From positions 544,001 to 608,000 of the forward strand of contig CBDCRW010000006.1 in NCBI GenBank assembly GCA_965221125.1: a DNA stretch of 64,000 bases, in the 5' to 3' direction. The notes beneath the pieces were generated by a model. The model saw nothing but the letters and a program-made list of their open reading frames with translations, ran no database searches and was not told where the DNA came from. Both the position numbers and the translations under genes were made by a program. Shown here piece by piece: positions 41,684-51,370 of this stretch (positions are counted from its first letter, which is position 1; the number at the start of each line of letters is the position of its first letter). This DNA comes from Alphaproteobacteria bacterium. GTDB lineage: Bacteria > Pseudomonadota > Alphaproteobacteria > UBA828.

Positions 41684-41853
41684 ACGCCGCCGGCGCAGGT
41701 GCGGTTCGCCGTTCCGATGCGGCATCGCCGGAATGCGTGGGTGCGCCCGGATGCCAAAGTCGCGTTCCACGCCCAAGCCCGAACGCCTTGTCTTGGGCCG
41801 GCAATGCTGTACCGTTCGGCCGCCCCCTGTGACGATGCCGGGACAGTCCGGTC

Positions 41854-43317
41854 ATGGCCAGCCCGTCCGCCCTCGCCGCCTCCATCGAAGCGCTCGGCCT
41901 GAGCCGGGTCGCCTGTATCGGCGACCTGATGCTCGACCGCTTCGTCTACGGGCGGGTCGAGCGCACCTCGCCTGAGGCGCCGGTGCCGATCCTGCGCACC
42001 GATCGCGACGACCACATGCTGGGCGGCGCCGGCAACGTGGTGCGCAATCTCGTCTCGCTCGGTGCGCAGGCGACGCTGCTCTCGGTGATTGGCGACGACG
42101 AGGTGGGGCGCCGGCTCACCGGCATGGTCGGACGCGAGGAGCGGGTGGAGCCGCACCTGCTGGTCGAGCGGGGCCGGCCTTCCACAGAGAAGACCCGCTT
42201 CGTCGCCGGCGGCCAGCAGCTCCTGCGCACGGATTCGGAGACGACCGAGGCGATCTCGCAGCGCTCCGCCGAGAGCCTGCTCGGTCTTGCCCGGGATGCC
42301 TTCGCCGCCTGCGACGTGGTCGTGCTCTCCGATTACGCCAAGGGCGTGCTCACTCCCGACCTGGTGCGGCAGTTGATCGAGGCGGCCCGGAGCGCCGGCC
42401 GGCCGGTGGTGGTCGATCCCAAGGGCCGCGACTTCGGCCGCTACGCTGGCGCCACGGTGCTGACGCCCAACCGCGCCGAGCTCGGGCTCGCTGCGGGGGA
42501 GAGCGTGACGACCGAGGAGGCCGTCGTCGCCGCCTGCCGCAGCCTCATCGCCCGCCACCGCCTCGGCGCGATCCTGGTCACGCGCAGCCGCGACGGGATG
42601 ACGATCGTCTCGGCCGACGGCCGCGTTGCCCATCTCGCAGCGGAGGCGCGAGAGGTGTTCGACGTCTCCGGCGCCGGCGACACGGTGGTGGCGACCCTTG
42701 CCGCAGCGCTCGGCCAGGGCGCGGACCTCATCGCCGCCGCCCAGCTCGCGAACGCGGCCGCCGGCGTCGCGGTCGGCAAGGCAGGCACGGCGGCGGTGCA
42801 TGCCGCGGACCTGCTCCGCGCGGTGCGGGCGGGCGACCTCTCGGCCTCGGAAGCCAAGATCATGCCGCTCGGTGCGGCGCTGGAAGCGGCCGCCGGATGG
42901 CGCGCACGGGGGCAGCGCATCGGCTTCACCAACGGTTGCTTCGACCTGCTTCATCCGGGCCACATCTCGCTGCTGCGCCAGGCGCGCGAGGCGACGGACC
43001 GGCTCGTCGTCGGCCTCAACAGCGATGCCTCGGTGCGCGGGCTCAAGGGCGAGGGGCGCCCGGTGCAGGGCGAGGCGGCGCGGGCGCAGGTGCTCGCCTC
43101 GCTGGAGACGGTCGATCTGGTCGTCATCTTCGCCGAGGACACGCCGGTGCGCCTGATCGAGGCGCTGCGCCCCGATTGCCTGGTCAAGGGCTCCGACTAC
43201 ACCATCGACGAGGTGGTGGGCGCGGACATCGTGAAGGGCTACGGCGGCACCGTGCTGATCGCCGAGAACGAGCCCGGCTACAGCACGACGGGCACCATCA
43301 GGCGCCTGCGGGGGTGA
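41854..43317 (+). CDS. hldE: Bifunctional heptose-7-phosphate kinase / heptose-1-phosphate adenylyltransferase
   Basis: [29 protein letters not shown] in the kinase half; [13 protein letters not shown] and GLNSDASV in the adenylyltransferase half. Confidence 0.96.
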   Translation: MASPSALAASIEALGLSRVACIGDLMLDRFVYGRVERTSPEAPVPILRTDRDDHMLGGAGNVVRNLVSLGAQATLLSVIGDDEVGRRLTGMVGREERVEPHLLVERGRPSTEKTRFVAGGQQLLRTDSETTEAISQRSAESLLGLARDAFAACDVVVLSDYAKGVLTPDLVRQLIEAARSAGRPVVVDPKGRDFGRYAGATVLTPNRAELGLAAGESVTTEEAVVAACRSLIARHRLGAILVTRSRDGMTIVSADGRVAHLAAEAREVFDVSGAGDTVVATLAAALGQGADLIAAAQLANAAAGVAVGKAGTAAVHAADLLRAVRAGDLSASEAKIMPLGAALEAAAGWRARGQRIGFTNGCFDLLHPGHISLLRQAREATDRLVVGLNSDASVRGLKGEGRPVQGEAARAQVLASLETVDLVVIFAEDTPVRLIEALRPDCLVKGSDYTIDEVVGADIVKGYGGTVLIAENEPGYSTTGTIRRLRG

Positions 43318-43335
43318 ACGGCTCCGACGTGGCGG

Positions 43336-45630
43336 TCAGACGCTGTCGGCGGGCTGAACGAAGCGGTCGATGATCTTCTTGGTGCCGGCCTTCTCGAAGG
43401 CGATCTCGAGCTTGTCGCCGTCGACCGAGCGAATGCGCCCGTAGCCGAACTTCTGGTGGAAGACGCGCTCGCCGGGCGCGTATCCGCCGGACGGCGCTTT
43501 GCCGGCGGCAGGCATGGGCGTCGCGTCGATGACTGGCGGCGTGCGCCGGCTGCGGTATGGCGCGTGCTCGGACATGAGGCGCCGCGCGGAGGCGGCCCCG
43601 CCGTGGCCCCGGTAGAGCCCGCCCGGCGCGGGCTGCATGGCGGTCTCTTCGGCGAGCGTCACGTGATCCTGCGCCAATTCTGCGACGAAGCGCGACGGGA
43701 TCGCGCTCACCCACTGGCCGTGCCGGTGCCGGTTGGCTGCGAAGAGGACGTGCGCGCGGCGCCGCGCGCGGGTGAGCCCGACGTAAGCCAGGCGGCGCTC
43801 CTCCTCCAGGCCGGCGGCGCCGGATTCGTCGAGCGCGAGCTGGTGCGGGAACAGCCCTTCCTCCCACCCCGGCAGGAACACGGTGTCGAACTCCAGGCCC
43901 TTGGCGCCGTGGAGCGTCATGATGTTGACCATCTCTTCCGCGCCGTCGCCTTCACGATCCATGACCAGGCTCACGTGGTCCAGGAAGGCGGCGAGGTCCT
44001 CGAACTCGGTGAGCGCGTCGACCAGCTCCTTCAGGTTCTCGAGCCGGCCGGGTGCGGCGGGCGAGCGGTCCTTTTGCCACATCTCGGTGTAGCCGGACTC
44101 GTCGAGCATCCTGCCCACGATGTCGGCGTGGGGCGTCCCGGAGAGGGCGGCGCGCCAGCCACGGAACTGCCCGACCAGCCGGCTGAGTGCGGTACGGGCC
44201 TGCGGCCTCAACTCGTCGGTCTCGATCAGCCGCTCCGCCGCGCGGCAGAGGGAGATGCCGTCAGCGCGCGCGAGCTGGTGCACGGGGCGCAGCGAGGCCT
44301 CTCCCAGGCTGCGCTTCGGCAGGTTCACGATGCGCTCGAAGGCGAGGTCGTCGTCCGGGCGCACCATGACGCGGATGTAGGCCACGGCGTCCCGGATCTC
44401 CTGGCGCTCGTAGAAGCGCAGGCCGCCGATCACGCGGTAGGGCAGGCCGATGGCGAGGAAGCGTTCCTCGAACGCGCGGGTCTGGAAGCCGGCGCGGACG
44501 AGAATGGCGATGCGGTTGAGGCTCTCGCCGTCGCGCTGCAGCGCCTCGATGGTATCGCCCACGCTGCGGGCTTCCTCGTCGCCGTCCCAGCTCTCGTTGA
44601 TACGGACCTTCTCGCCGTCCTCACCCTCGGTCCAGAGCGTCTTGCCGAGGCGGCCGGCATTGTGGGCGATCAGGCCCGAGGCGGCGGCGAGGATGTGCCC
44701 GGTGGAGCGGTAGTTGCGCTCCAGCCTGATCACCTGCGCGCCGGGGAAATCCTGCTCGAAGCGAAGGATGTTGCCGACCTCCGCGCCCCGCCAGCCGTAG
44801 ATCGACTGATCGTCGTCGCCGACGCAGCAGATACTGTGATGGGTCTGCGCCAGCAGCCTGAGCCAGAGGTACTGGGCGACGTTGGTGTCCTGATACTCGT
44901 CCACCAGCAGGTAGCGGAAGCGCTGCTGGTAGTCGGCGAGCACGTCGCCATGCCTGGTGAAGAGGGTCAGGTTGTGCAGCAGGAGGTCGCCGAAATCGGC
45001 GGCGTTCACGGTGCGCAGCCGCTCCTGATAGGCCGCGTAGAGGGTGGGCGCGCGCCCGTTGGCGTAGTCGGCGCCGTCCGCGCCCGCCACCCTGTCGACG
45101 GTGAGCCCCCGGTCCTTCCAGCGCTGGATGATGACCGAGAGGGTGCGCGCCGGCCAGCGCTTCTCGTCGATGTCGGCCGCCTGGATGATCTGCTTCAGAA
45201 GGCGGACCTGGTCGTCGGTGTCGAGGATGGTGAAGTCCGGTTTCAGCCCGGCGAGCTCGGCGTGGCGGCGCAGGATGCGCGCCGCGATGGCGTGGAAGGT
45301 GCCGAGCCAGAGGCCGGCGGCGGAGCGGCCGATCAGGCGCTCCACGCGGCCGATCATTTCGCGCGCGGCCTTGTTGGTGAAGGTGACGGCGAGCACCTGG
45401 CCGGGGCGGGCGCGGCCGGTGGCGAGAATGTGGGCAAGCCGCGTGGTGAGCACGCGTGTCTTGCCGGTGCCGGCGCCGGCCAGCACGAGCAGGGGGCCGT
45501 CGAGCGCTTCCGCCGCCTGGCGCTGCTCCGGGTTCAGGCCGTCGAGATAGGCCGACGGGGGCATCGGCACCGGCGGGCGGGCATCGGGCCCGGCGGTCGG
45601 GCCGGGCGCGGGATCGAAAAGCTCGTTCAT
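43336..45630 (-). CDS. uvrD: ATP-dependent DNA helicase UvrD/PcrA
   Basis: AGAGTGKT, VDEYQDTN, GDDDQSIYGWRGA, TLHGAKGLEF, EEERRLAYVGLTRA motifs; C-terminal Tudor-like RVFHQKFGYG. Confidence 0.96.
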   Translation of the reverse strand: MNELFDPAPGPTAGPDARPPVPMPPSAYLDGLNPEQRQAAEALDGPLLVLAGAGTGKTRVLTTRLAHILATGRARPGQVLAVTFTNKAAREMIGRVERLIGRSAAGLWLGTFHAIAARILRRHAELAGLKPDFTILDTDDQVRLLKQIIQAADIDEKRWPARTLSVIIQRWKDRGLTVDRVAGADGADYANGRAPTLYAAYQERLRTVNAADFGDLLLHNLTLFTRHGDVLADYQQRFRYLLVDEYQDTNVAQYLWLRLLAQTHHSICCVGDDDQSIYGWRGAEVGNILRFEQDFPGAQVIRLERNYRSTGHILAAASGLIAHNAGRLGKTLWTEGEDGEKVRINESWDGDEEARSVGDTIEALQRDGESLNRIAILVRAGFQTRAFEERFLAIGLPYRVIGGLRFYERQEIRDAVAYIRVMVRPDDDLAFERIVNLPKRSLGEASLRPVHQLARADGISLCRAAERLIETDELRPQARTALSRLVGQFRGWRAALSGTPHADIVGRMLDESGYTEMWQKDRSPAAPGRLENLKELVDALTEFEDLAAFLDHVSLVMDREGDGAEEMVNIMTLHGAKGLEFDTVFLPGWEEGLFPHQLALDESGAAGLEEERRLAYVGLTRARRRAHVLFAANRHRHGQWVSAIPSRFVAELAQDHVTLAEETAMQPAPGGLYRGHGGAASARRLMSEHAPYRSRRTPPVIDATPMPAAGKAPSGGYAPGERVFHQKFGYGRIRSVDGDKLEIAFEKAGTKKIIDRFVQPADSV

Positions 45631-45697
45631 GGGCCACGGTGCGGGAGGATTCGCCCACTATAGCACGGGCGCGGCACGTCTTGCCCGGCCGGGACCC

Positions 45698-46348
45698 TCA
45701 GGCGTCGGCGTCCTTCGTGCGATCGCAGCGCATGCCGAGGCTGTAGCGCTCCACCGTGATGCCGTCGAGGAAGTGGAAGGGCCGGTGCCTGGCCCCGCCG
45801 AAGCCCGGCGCCCGCATCAGGATGCCGTCGCCGGGCCCGGCTTCGAGCACGCGCTTATCCGCGCCGCCGCGGTCGGCGCAGAGACCGAAGCGGCCATCGC
45901 CGCTCAGCTGGACGATCACCACCAGACCGACGTAGCGCACGTGGTCGCGGTGCGGCGTGATGCCGCGCGCGCCGGGCGGGTAGCGCTGCAGGACCAGGTC
46001 GTTGAGGGGCAGCGTCTCCAGTGGCGGCGCGTCCATCGCGGTGAGCGCGTCCGCGACCAGCCGTTCGACGGCTTGCGTGAGCCGCCAGAGCGGGTGCGGC
46101 TCCGGGATCGAGAGGCAGATATCGAAATCCTGGTAGACGGCACGCTCTCCCTCCCCGATGACGGGCTTCGCGCTGCGGAAGGAGAGATCGCCGCCGGATT
46201 CGATGAAGGGCCGGCAGTCCGCACGCGCCAGCAGGGGCAGGACCGCAGCGTCCTCGCGCGCCACGCGATCAAGGGCGGCAGCCATCGCGCCGGGGCCCGC
46301 GCGAAGCGCCGGCAGCGCGGCACGATCGCTGCTCACCACAGCCTCCAC
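45698..46348 (-). CDS. AlkB-like 2OG-Fe(II) dioxygenase
   Basis: NDLVLQRY...ITPHRD (HxD)...GDGILM...RPFH...RYSLGMR (RxxxxxR) pattern. Confidence 0.7.
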   Translation of the reverse strand: MEAVVSSDRAALPALRAGPGAMAAALDRVAREDAAVLPLLARADCRPFIESGGDLSFRSAKPVIGEGERAVYQDFDICLSIPEPHPLWRLTQAVERLVADALTAMDAPPLETLPLNDLVLQRYPPGARGITPHRDHVRYVGLVVIVQLSGDGRFGLCADRGGADKRVLEAGPGDGILMRAPGFGGARHRPFHFLDGITVERYSLGMRCDRTKDADA

Positions 46349-46364
46349 CTCGTCAGCGGACCGG

Positions 46365-46691
46365 TCAGTCGCCGATGGGCGGCGAGCATGGCGCGGGGTT
46401 CATCACCATCACGTCTTGCTCCTGGATCGCGTCCAGCGCCCAGACCGACTGGATGAAGGCCTGCCAGTCAGGATCCGCCGTCATCGCCGCCCGGCGCGTC
46501 TCGCGATCCGCCAGGCTCTCGTAGGCCCAGATCAGGACGATCCGGTTCAGCCGGCCGATCTCCGAGACATAGAGGCCGACGAAGCGGCCGAGATGGCGCT
46601 TCTGAATGGGGAGGCCTTCCGTCTGGTACTTCTTCAGCCAGCCGTCCACCGTGCCGGGGCGGAATGTGTAGGTCCGGTGCTCGACGATCAT
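46365..46691 (-). CDS. NIPSNAP family protein
   Basis: MIVEHRTYTFRPG...SEIGRLNRIVLIWAYESLADRETRRAAM..DPDWQAF...PAPCSP; ATGA overlap with the GMC gene. Confidence 0.92.
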   Translation of the reverse strand: MIVEHRTYTFRPGTVDGWLKKYQTEGLPIQKRHLGRFVGLYVSEIGRLNRIVLIWAYESLADRETRRAAMTADPDWQAFIQSVWALDAIQEQDVMVMNPAPCSPPIGD

Positions 46692-48346
46692 TGCGGGACT
46701 CCTTCCGATGGTGCGTGCGCTTCGTCGCTGCCGGCGACGAACTGGGCGGCCTTCTCGCCGATCATGATGGCCGGCGCGTTGGTGTTGCCGCTCGTGATGA
46801 CGGGCATGACGGAGGCATCGGCGACCCTGAGCCCGGCGATGCCGTGGACCGCGAGCCTCGCGTCCACCACCGCCATCGGGTCGGTGCCCATGCGGCAGGT
46901 GCCGACAGGGTGGAAGGTCGTCATCGCGTTGGCGCGGAGCCAGGCCGTGAGCTCGGCGTCGCTCTGCAGCGCATCGCCCGGCGCAAGCTCGCGCCCGCGA
47001 TAGGCGGCGAAGGCCGGCTGCGCGATCACCTCGCGCACCATGCGGATGCCGGCCACGGTCGTGCGGCAGTCGGCCTCGTCCTCCAGGTAGTTGGGCTGGA
47101 TCAGCGCCGGCGCGGCGGGATCGGCGGAGCGGAGCCCGATCCAGCCCCGGCTCTCGGGCACGATGGGGCCGACGCGCAGGGTGAAGCCGTGGGTCTCCTC
47201 CAGCGGGGTCTTCCTGAGCGGATTGGGGATGTGGAGGTTCGCCGTGCTCTCCAGCGCGGGCATGAAGTGTACCTGGATGTCCGGCGCCAGCAGGTCCGGC
47301 CGGGTCTTGAGGAAGGCCCCCGCCTCGTAGGGGAAGGTGGTGGCGATGCCGCGGCCAAACAGCAACCCAGCCGCCACCGAGCGGACCATCCTGTCGACCC
47401 GAAGCTCGCGGTAGAGGGTGATCGGCTCGGTGCAGGTGTAGGCGATGACGCAGTCCACGTGGTCCTGGAGGTTGCGGCCGACGCCGGGGAGCTCGTGGAT
47501 CACCGGGATGCCGTGCCGCTTCAGCTCGTCGCCCGGCCCGATCCCGGAGAGCATGAGGAGCTGCGGCGTGTTGACCGTGCCGCCGCAGAGGATGACCTCG
47601 CGCGCCGCATGGACGGTGCGCGCACCGGCCCCCTCTGCCACCTCGACGCCGGTCGCGCGGCCGCCCTCGACCACGACGCGGCGCACGAGGCAGCCGGTGA
47701 GGATCGTCAGGTTGCGCCGGTGCCGGACCGGGCGCAGGAAGGCGACGGACGTGGAGCAGCGCCTGCCCCGCCTGATGGTGAAGTCGTAGCGCCCGAAACC
47801 TTCCTGCTCCGCCCCGTTGAAGTCGTCGTTGACGGGCCAGCCGGCCTGGGCGCCCGCCTCGAGGAAGGTGTCGAACAGCGGATTGGTCCCGCGCGCACGA
47901 CATACCGTGAGCGCGCCGCCGGTCCCGTGATAGGCATCGTCGCGCTCGACATGCCCTTCAGAGCGACGGAAGGCCGGCAGCACGTCGTCGTAGGACCAGC
48001 CGGCAAGACCCATCTGCGCCCAGCGGTCGTAGTCGTGGCGGTTGCCACGCACATAGACCATGCCGTTGATGGTGGACGAGCCGCCGAGCACCTTGCCGCG
48101 CGGCCAGTAGAGCGAGCGGCCGCCCAGGCCCGGCACCGGCTCGGTGTGGTAGCGCCAGTTGTAGATGCCGGAGTGGAAGAGCCTGCCCATCAGCATGGGG
48201 AGCTGGAAGAGCGGATTGCGGTCCCTGCCGCCGGCCTCGATGAGGAGGACGGAACACCCGGAATCGGCGGACAGCCTGTTGGCGAGCACGCATCCCGCCG
48301 AGCCCGCGCCAACGATGACGTAATCGCAGGAGCGCGCGCGCGGCAT
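46688..48346 (-). CDS. GMC family FAD oxidoreductase (choline dehydrogenase-like)
   Basis: DYVIVGAGSAG, RGKVLGGSSTINGM, GVGRNLQDH, FHPVGTCRMG, SGNTNAP (His/Asn pair); substrate unknown. Confidence 0.93.
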   Translation of the reverse strand: MPRARSCDYVIVGAGSAGCVLANRLSADSGCSVLLIEAGGRDRNPLFQLPMLMGRLFHSGIYNWRYHTEPVPGLGGRSLYWPRGKVLGGSSTINGMVYVRGNRHDYDRWAQMGLAGWSYDDVLPAFRRSEGHVERDDAYHGTGGALTVCRARGTNPLFDTFLEAGAQAGWPVNDDFNGAEQEGFGRYDFTIRRGRRCSTSVAFLRPVRHRRNLTILTGCLVRRVVVEGGRATGVEVAEGAGARTVHAAREVILCGGTVNTPQLLMLSGIGPGDELKRHGIPVIHELPGVGRNLQDHVDCVIAYTCTEPITLYRELRVDRMVRSVAAGLLFGRGIATTFPYEAGAFLKTRPDLLAPDIQVHFMPALESTANLHIPNPLRKTPLEETHGFTLRVGPIVPESRGWIGLRSADPAAPALIQPNYLEDEADCRTTVAGIRMVREVIAQPAFAAYRGRELAPGDALQSDAELTAWLRANAMTTFHPVGTCRMGTDPMAVVDARLAVHGIAGLRVADASVMPVITSGNTNAPAIMIGEKAAQFVAGSDEAHAPSEGVPQ

Positions 48347-48349
48347 CGC

Positions 48350-49204
48350 CTACCAGTCCACCGCCACCGCGCCCATCGCCCCGAGTCGCCGGTTGCAGAG
48401 CATGAACGGATTCTCCAATGCGAGGAACGCGTCGGCCTCGGCCGGGTGCGGACGCAGGATGACGCGCTCTGCGGTGGCCGCATCCGATGCGCCCAGGCCT
48501 GCCACGGCCAGGGTCTCCGCCGCCGCATCGCCGAAGCCCATGAGGACGACCGGCGTTCCCCGCCCGGCCAGATGCTCGATCACCCGGATCATCAGGGGGC
48601 GCCAGAGCGGCAGGTGGCCCCTCCGCTGGTGGGTATCGACCGCGCGCTGGAAGCGCGAGAGCGAGAGCGACGAATTGAGCAGCAGCACGCCGGACGCGAC
48701 CCAGCGGTCGGCCAGCGCTTCGGGTGCCTCCAGGTCGACCGCGCCGGCTTCGATGGCGGCGAGCGTCGCCGGCCAGTCGGCGAAGCGCCGGGCATACCGG
48801 GCTTCGCCGGTGCGCGCGGCGATGATCGCCTGGATGAAGGCGCGGACGCTGGGCGAGAACATCTTGTCGAGCTCCCGCCACTGCGCGACGTTGCCGGCCT
48901 CGAAGGCCCGGCCGGTGGCGAAGGCTGGGCAGGGATAGGGGTCCTGGCCCAGGATCACGCAGCGCACGTCCTCCGGCGCGATTCCGTCGAAGGCGCGGAG
49001 CATGTGGGTGCCCGCCGGCGCGCCGGGAAAGACGGCGCCGCGCCGGGCTGGGAAGATCGGCTCCCAGGGCTCGATCTCGAGCGTGGGGTCCACGTCCCCG
49101 TAGGCCAACGCAACGCCTCGGACGACGTCGCGCCAGGCAGGCTCGACATCCTCCTGCCAGCCTCGCAGCGTGTCCCTCAGCGCCGATCTCAATCGCTTCG
49201 CCAT
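48350..49204 (-). CDS. Family-1 uracil-DNA glycosylase-like protein (divergent)
   Basis: VILGQDPYP, ATGRAF, SPS, GVLLLNSSL, PHP motifs align with UNG; HPSPLS is replaced by HPAEAD. Confidence 0.82.
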   Translation of the reverse strand: MAKRLRSALRDTLRGWQEDVEPAWRDVVRGVALAYGDVDPTLEIEPWEPIFPARRGAVFPGAPAGTHMLRAFDGIAPEDVRCVILGQDPYPCPAFATGRAFEAGNVAQWRELDKMFSPSVRAFIQAIIAARTGEARYARRFADWPATLAAIEAGAVDLEAPEALADRWVASGVLLLNSSLSLSRFQRAVDTHQRRGHLPLWRPLMIRVIEHLAGRGTPVVLMGFGDAAAETLAVAGLGASDAATAERVILRPHPAEADAFLALENPFMLCNRRLGAMGAVAVDW

Positions 49205-49223
49205 GGCGCCAGCTTGTCCCTCG

Positions 49224-49298
49224 GCTCACGAGAAAACCAGACGTGCGCGTCACGTTTTCTTGGAGCGTAGTGCGTTTCCTCTTCACACGGAAACGCAC
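49224..49298. repeat. Tandem double inverted-repeat element
   Basis: AGAAAAC..GACG-TGCG-CGTC..GTTTTCT (49231-49260), then GTGCGTTTCC-N9-GGAAACGCAC (49270-49298). Confidence 0.65.
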
Positions 49299-49367
49299 CA
49301 GGATTTTATCGCTCACGGCAGCTGGCCGTCTTGCGATTCCGCGCGCCTGCCGGCGCGACGGGAGGGA

Positions 49368-50267
49368 TCAGGCGGCGAAGCGGACCAGCGCCTCCTGCAG
49401 GTGCTCCGCCATGGCCCGCGCAGCCAGCGTCGGCAGGCGGTCCGACGGCGCGATCAGGCTCAGCCGCAGGCGGGACAGCCGCTCGTCCGCGAGCGGCACC
49501 GCGACCAGGCGCCCGCTGGCCAGCTCCTCCGTGAATCCCATGCGCGTGTAGAACGCGACGCCCGCGCCCTGAAGCAGGAGGTGCTTCAGCGCAGCCAGCG
49601 TGTTGGAGATCACGGCCGGCTCGTGCGCGCGCTTGAAGGCGTCCATCTCGGGGCCGAAGAAGGCCTGCATCGAGCTCGAGCTGTCCTGATAGAGCAGCCG
49701 GCTCGTGCCGCAGTCATCTAGCGTCAGCGCGGATCGCGCCGCCAGCGCGTGGTCCGGGCGCATGATGGCGTGCATCGGGCAGGGAATGTCGTGTACCACC
49801 GTGATGCCGCCTTGCCGCGTCGGCGAGAAGGTGAGCCCGAGATCAGCGTTGCCCTGGCCGATGGAGTGCATGATCTCCATGGGATCGCAGGCCACGACCC
49901 GGATCTGCACCGCCGGATGGTCGGCGATGAAGCGCCCGGCCGCGTCGGGCAGAAAGTGAACGGTCAGGCTGTCCAGGGTGGCGATGGTCACGACGCCGCT
50001 GAGCACGCCGCGCAGCTGGTCGATCTCGCCCCGCAGCCGGGTGAAGTCGTGCAGCGTCGCCTGCGCGTGGCGCAGCACGAGGCGCCCGGCATCGGTGAGC
50101 CGCATGCCATCGGGTCGCCGTTCGAACAGCGGCGTGCCGAAGTAGTCCTCGATCTTAAGGATCTGCCGGTTGACGGCGGAGGGCGAAATGTGGAGGCGCT
50201 CCGACGCGCGGCGGATCGATCCGTCCTCCGCCACCGCCTCGAAGTAGCGCAGCACCGCCGCGTGCAT
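49368..50267 (-). CDS. LysR family transcriptional regulator
   Basis: LRYFEAVAEDGSIRRASERLHISPSAVNRQI...LFER...LTDAG HTH; 299 aa. Confidence 0.96.
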   Translation of the reverse strand: MHAAVLRYFEAVAEDGSIRRASERLHISPSAVNRQILKIEDYFGTPLFERRPDGMRLTDAGRLVLRHAQATLHDFTRLRGEIDQLRGVLSGVVTIATLDSLTVHFLPDAAGRFIADHPAVQIRVVACDPMEIMHSIGQGNADLGLTFSPTRQGGITVVHDIPCPMHAIMRPDHALAARSALTLDDCGTSRLLYQDSSSSMQAFFGPEMDAFKRAHEPAVISNTLAALKHLLLQGAGVAFYTRMGFTEELASGRLVAVPLADERLSRLRLSLIAPSDRLPTLAARAMAEHLQEALVRFAA

Positions 50268-50273
50268 CCGCTC

Positions 50274-50606
50274 TCAGCCTCCGTCCGGCCTCCACGCCGC
50301 GACGGCGGGGTGATCCCGCTCGGTGCGGAAGGCCGGGCTCAGGCCGCCGGGCTGGCCCCAGCCGGTGACCGATGCGCCGAAGAACTCGGCGTTGATGGCG
50401 ACGAAGCCTGCGGACTTCCGGGGCAGGTCGTCTTCGTACCAGATGGCCTCGACCGGACAGACCGAGACGCAGAGCGCGCAGTTCACGCACTCGTCGGGCT
50501 GGATGTAGTACATCCGCCCGCCCTCGTAGATGCAGTCGACGGGGCAGACGTCGGTGCAGACGCCGTCCTTCACGTCGATGCAGGTCTCGGCGATGACGTA
50601 GGTCAT
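50274..50606 (-). CDS. fdxA: 7Fe ([3Fe-4S]/[4Fe-4S]) ferredoxin
   Basis: MTYVIAETCIDVKDGVCTDVCPVDCIYEG...DECVNCALCVSVCPVEAI; ATGA overlap with the hydratase. Confidence 0.92.
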   Translation of the reverse strand: MTYVIAETCIDVKDGVCTDVCPVDCIYEGGRMYYIQPDECVNCALCVSVCPVEAIWYEDDLPRKSAGFVAINAEFFGASVTGWGQPGGLSPAFRTERDHPAVAAWRPDGG

Positions 50607-51370
50607 CGGCCCGACCATGCCGGTGCGCGCTTCTCCCGGAAGGCGGCGACGCCTTCCTCCGCATCCCGGCTCTGCAGCGCATCCACGAGGCTAGGCAGGC
50701 AGGCGTTGCGGGCCTCCGCGACCGTGAGGTGCGCGGTGTCGTGGACGGAGCGCTTGATCGCCTTGAGGCTGAGCGGGGCGCAGGCGACGATGTCCCGGAC
50801 CCAGGCATCGACCGCGTCGTCCAGCGTCCCCTCCTGCACGACCTCGTTGACGAGGCCGAGGCCCAGGGCCTTCGCCGCGTCGATGCGCCGGCCGGTGAGC
50901 AGCATGCCCATGGCGAGCGCGCGCGGAATCCGGCGGGGCAGCGTCACCATGCCGTCGAGCGGCAGGCGGCCGACGCGGGGCTCCGGCAGGCCGAACGACG
51001 CGCCCTCGGCAGCGATCGCGAGATCGCAGCCCAGCACCATCTCGAAGCCGCCGCCGAGCGCGAGCCCGTTCACCCGGGCGACGACGGGCACGGAGAGGCG
51101 GCCGCCGAGCGCGATGCCACCGAAGCCGTGATCGCCGGTGGCGGCCCAGTAGGCCAGCCCGTCGGGGCCGTCCTCCTTCATGTCCGCGCCGGCGCAGAAG
51201 GCGCGGCCCGCGCCGGTGAGCACGACGCAGCGCACGCGCGCGTCCCGGTCGATCTCCGCCCAGATCCTGCCCAGCGCCGCGTCGGTCGCGGAATCGACGG
51301 CGTTCAGCCGCTCCGGCCGGTTCAGCGTAACCCGGGCGATGCCGTCCGTGACGCTGAAGTCCACGCTCAC
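50603..51370 (-). CDS. Enoyl-CoA hydratase (crotonase family)
   Basis: LNRPERLNA, AFCAGADM, GGGFEM, FGLPEPRVG; both catalytic Glu present. Confidence 0.94.
   Translation of the reverse strand: MSVDFSVTDGIARVTLNRPERLNAVDSATDAALGRIWAEIDRDARVRCVVLTGAGRAFCAGADMKEDGPDGLAYWAATGDHGFGGIALGGRLSVPVVARVNGLALGGGFEMVLGCDLAIAAEGASFGLPEPRVGRLPLDGMVTLPRRIPRALAMGMLLTGRRIDAAKALGLGLVNEVVQEGTLDDAVDAWVRDIVACAPLSLKAIKRSVHDTAHLTVAEARNACLPSLVDALQSRDAEEGVAAFREKRAPAWSGR

Noticed and set aside
46688-48346. Calling the GMC enzyme betA (choline dehydrogenase)
   Set aside because: No betB, betI or choline transporter is nearby, and GMC motifs do not determine the substrate.
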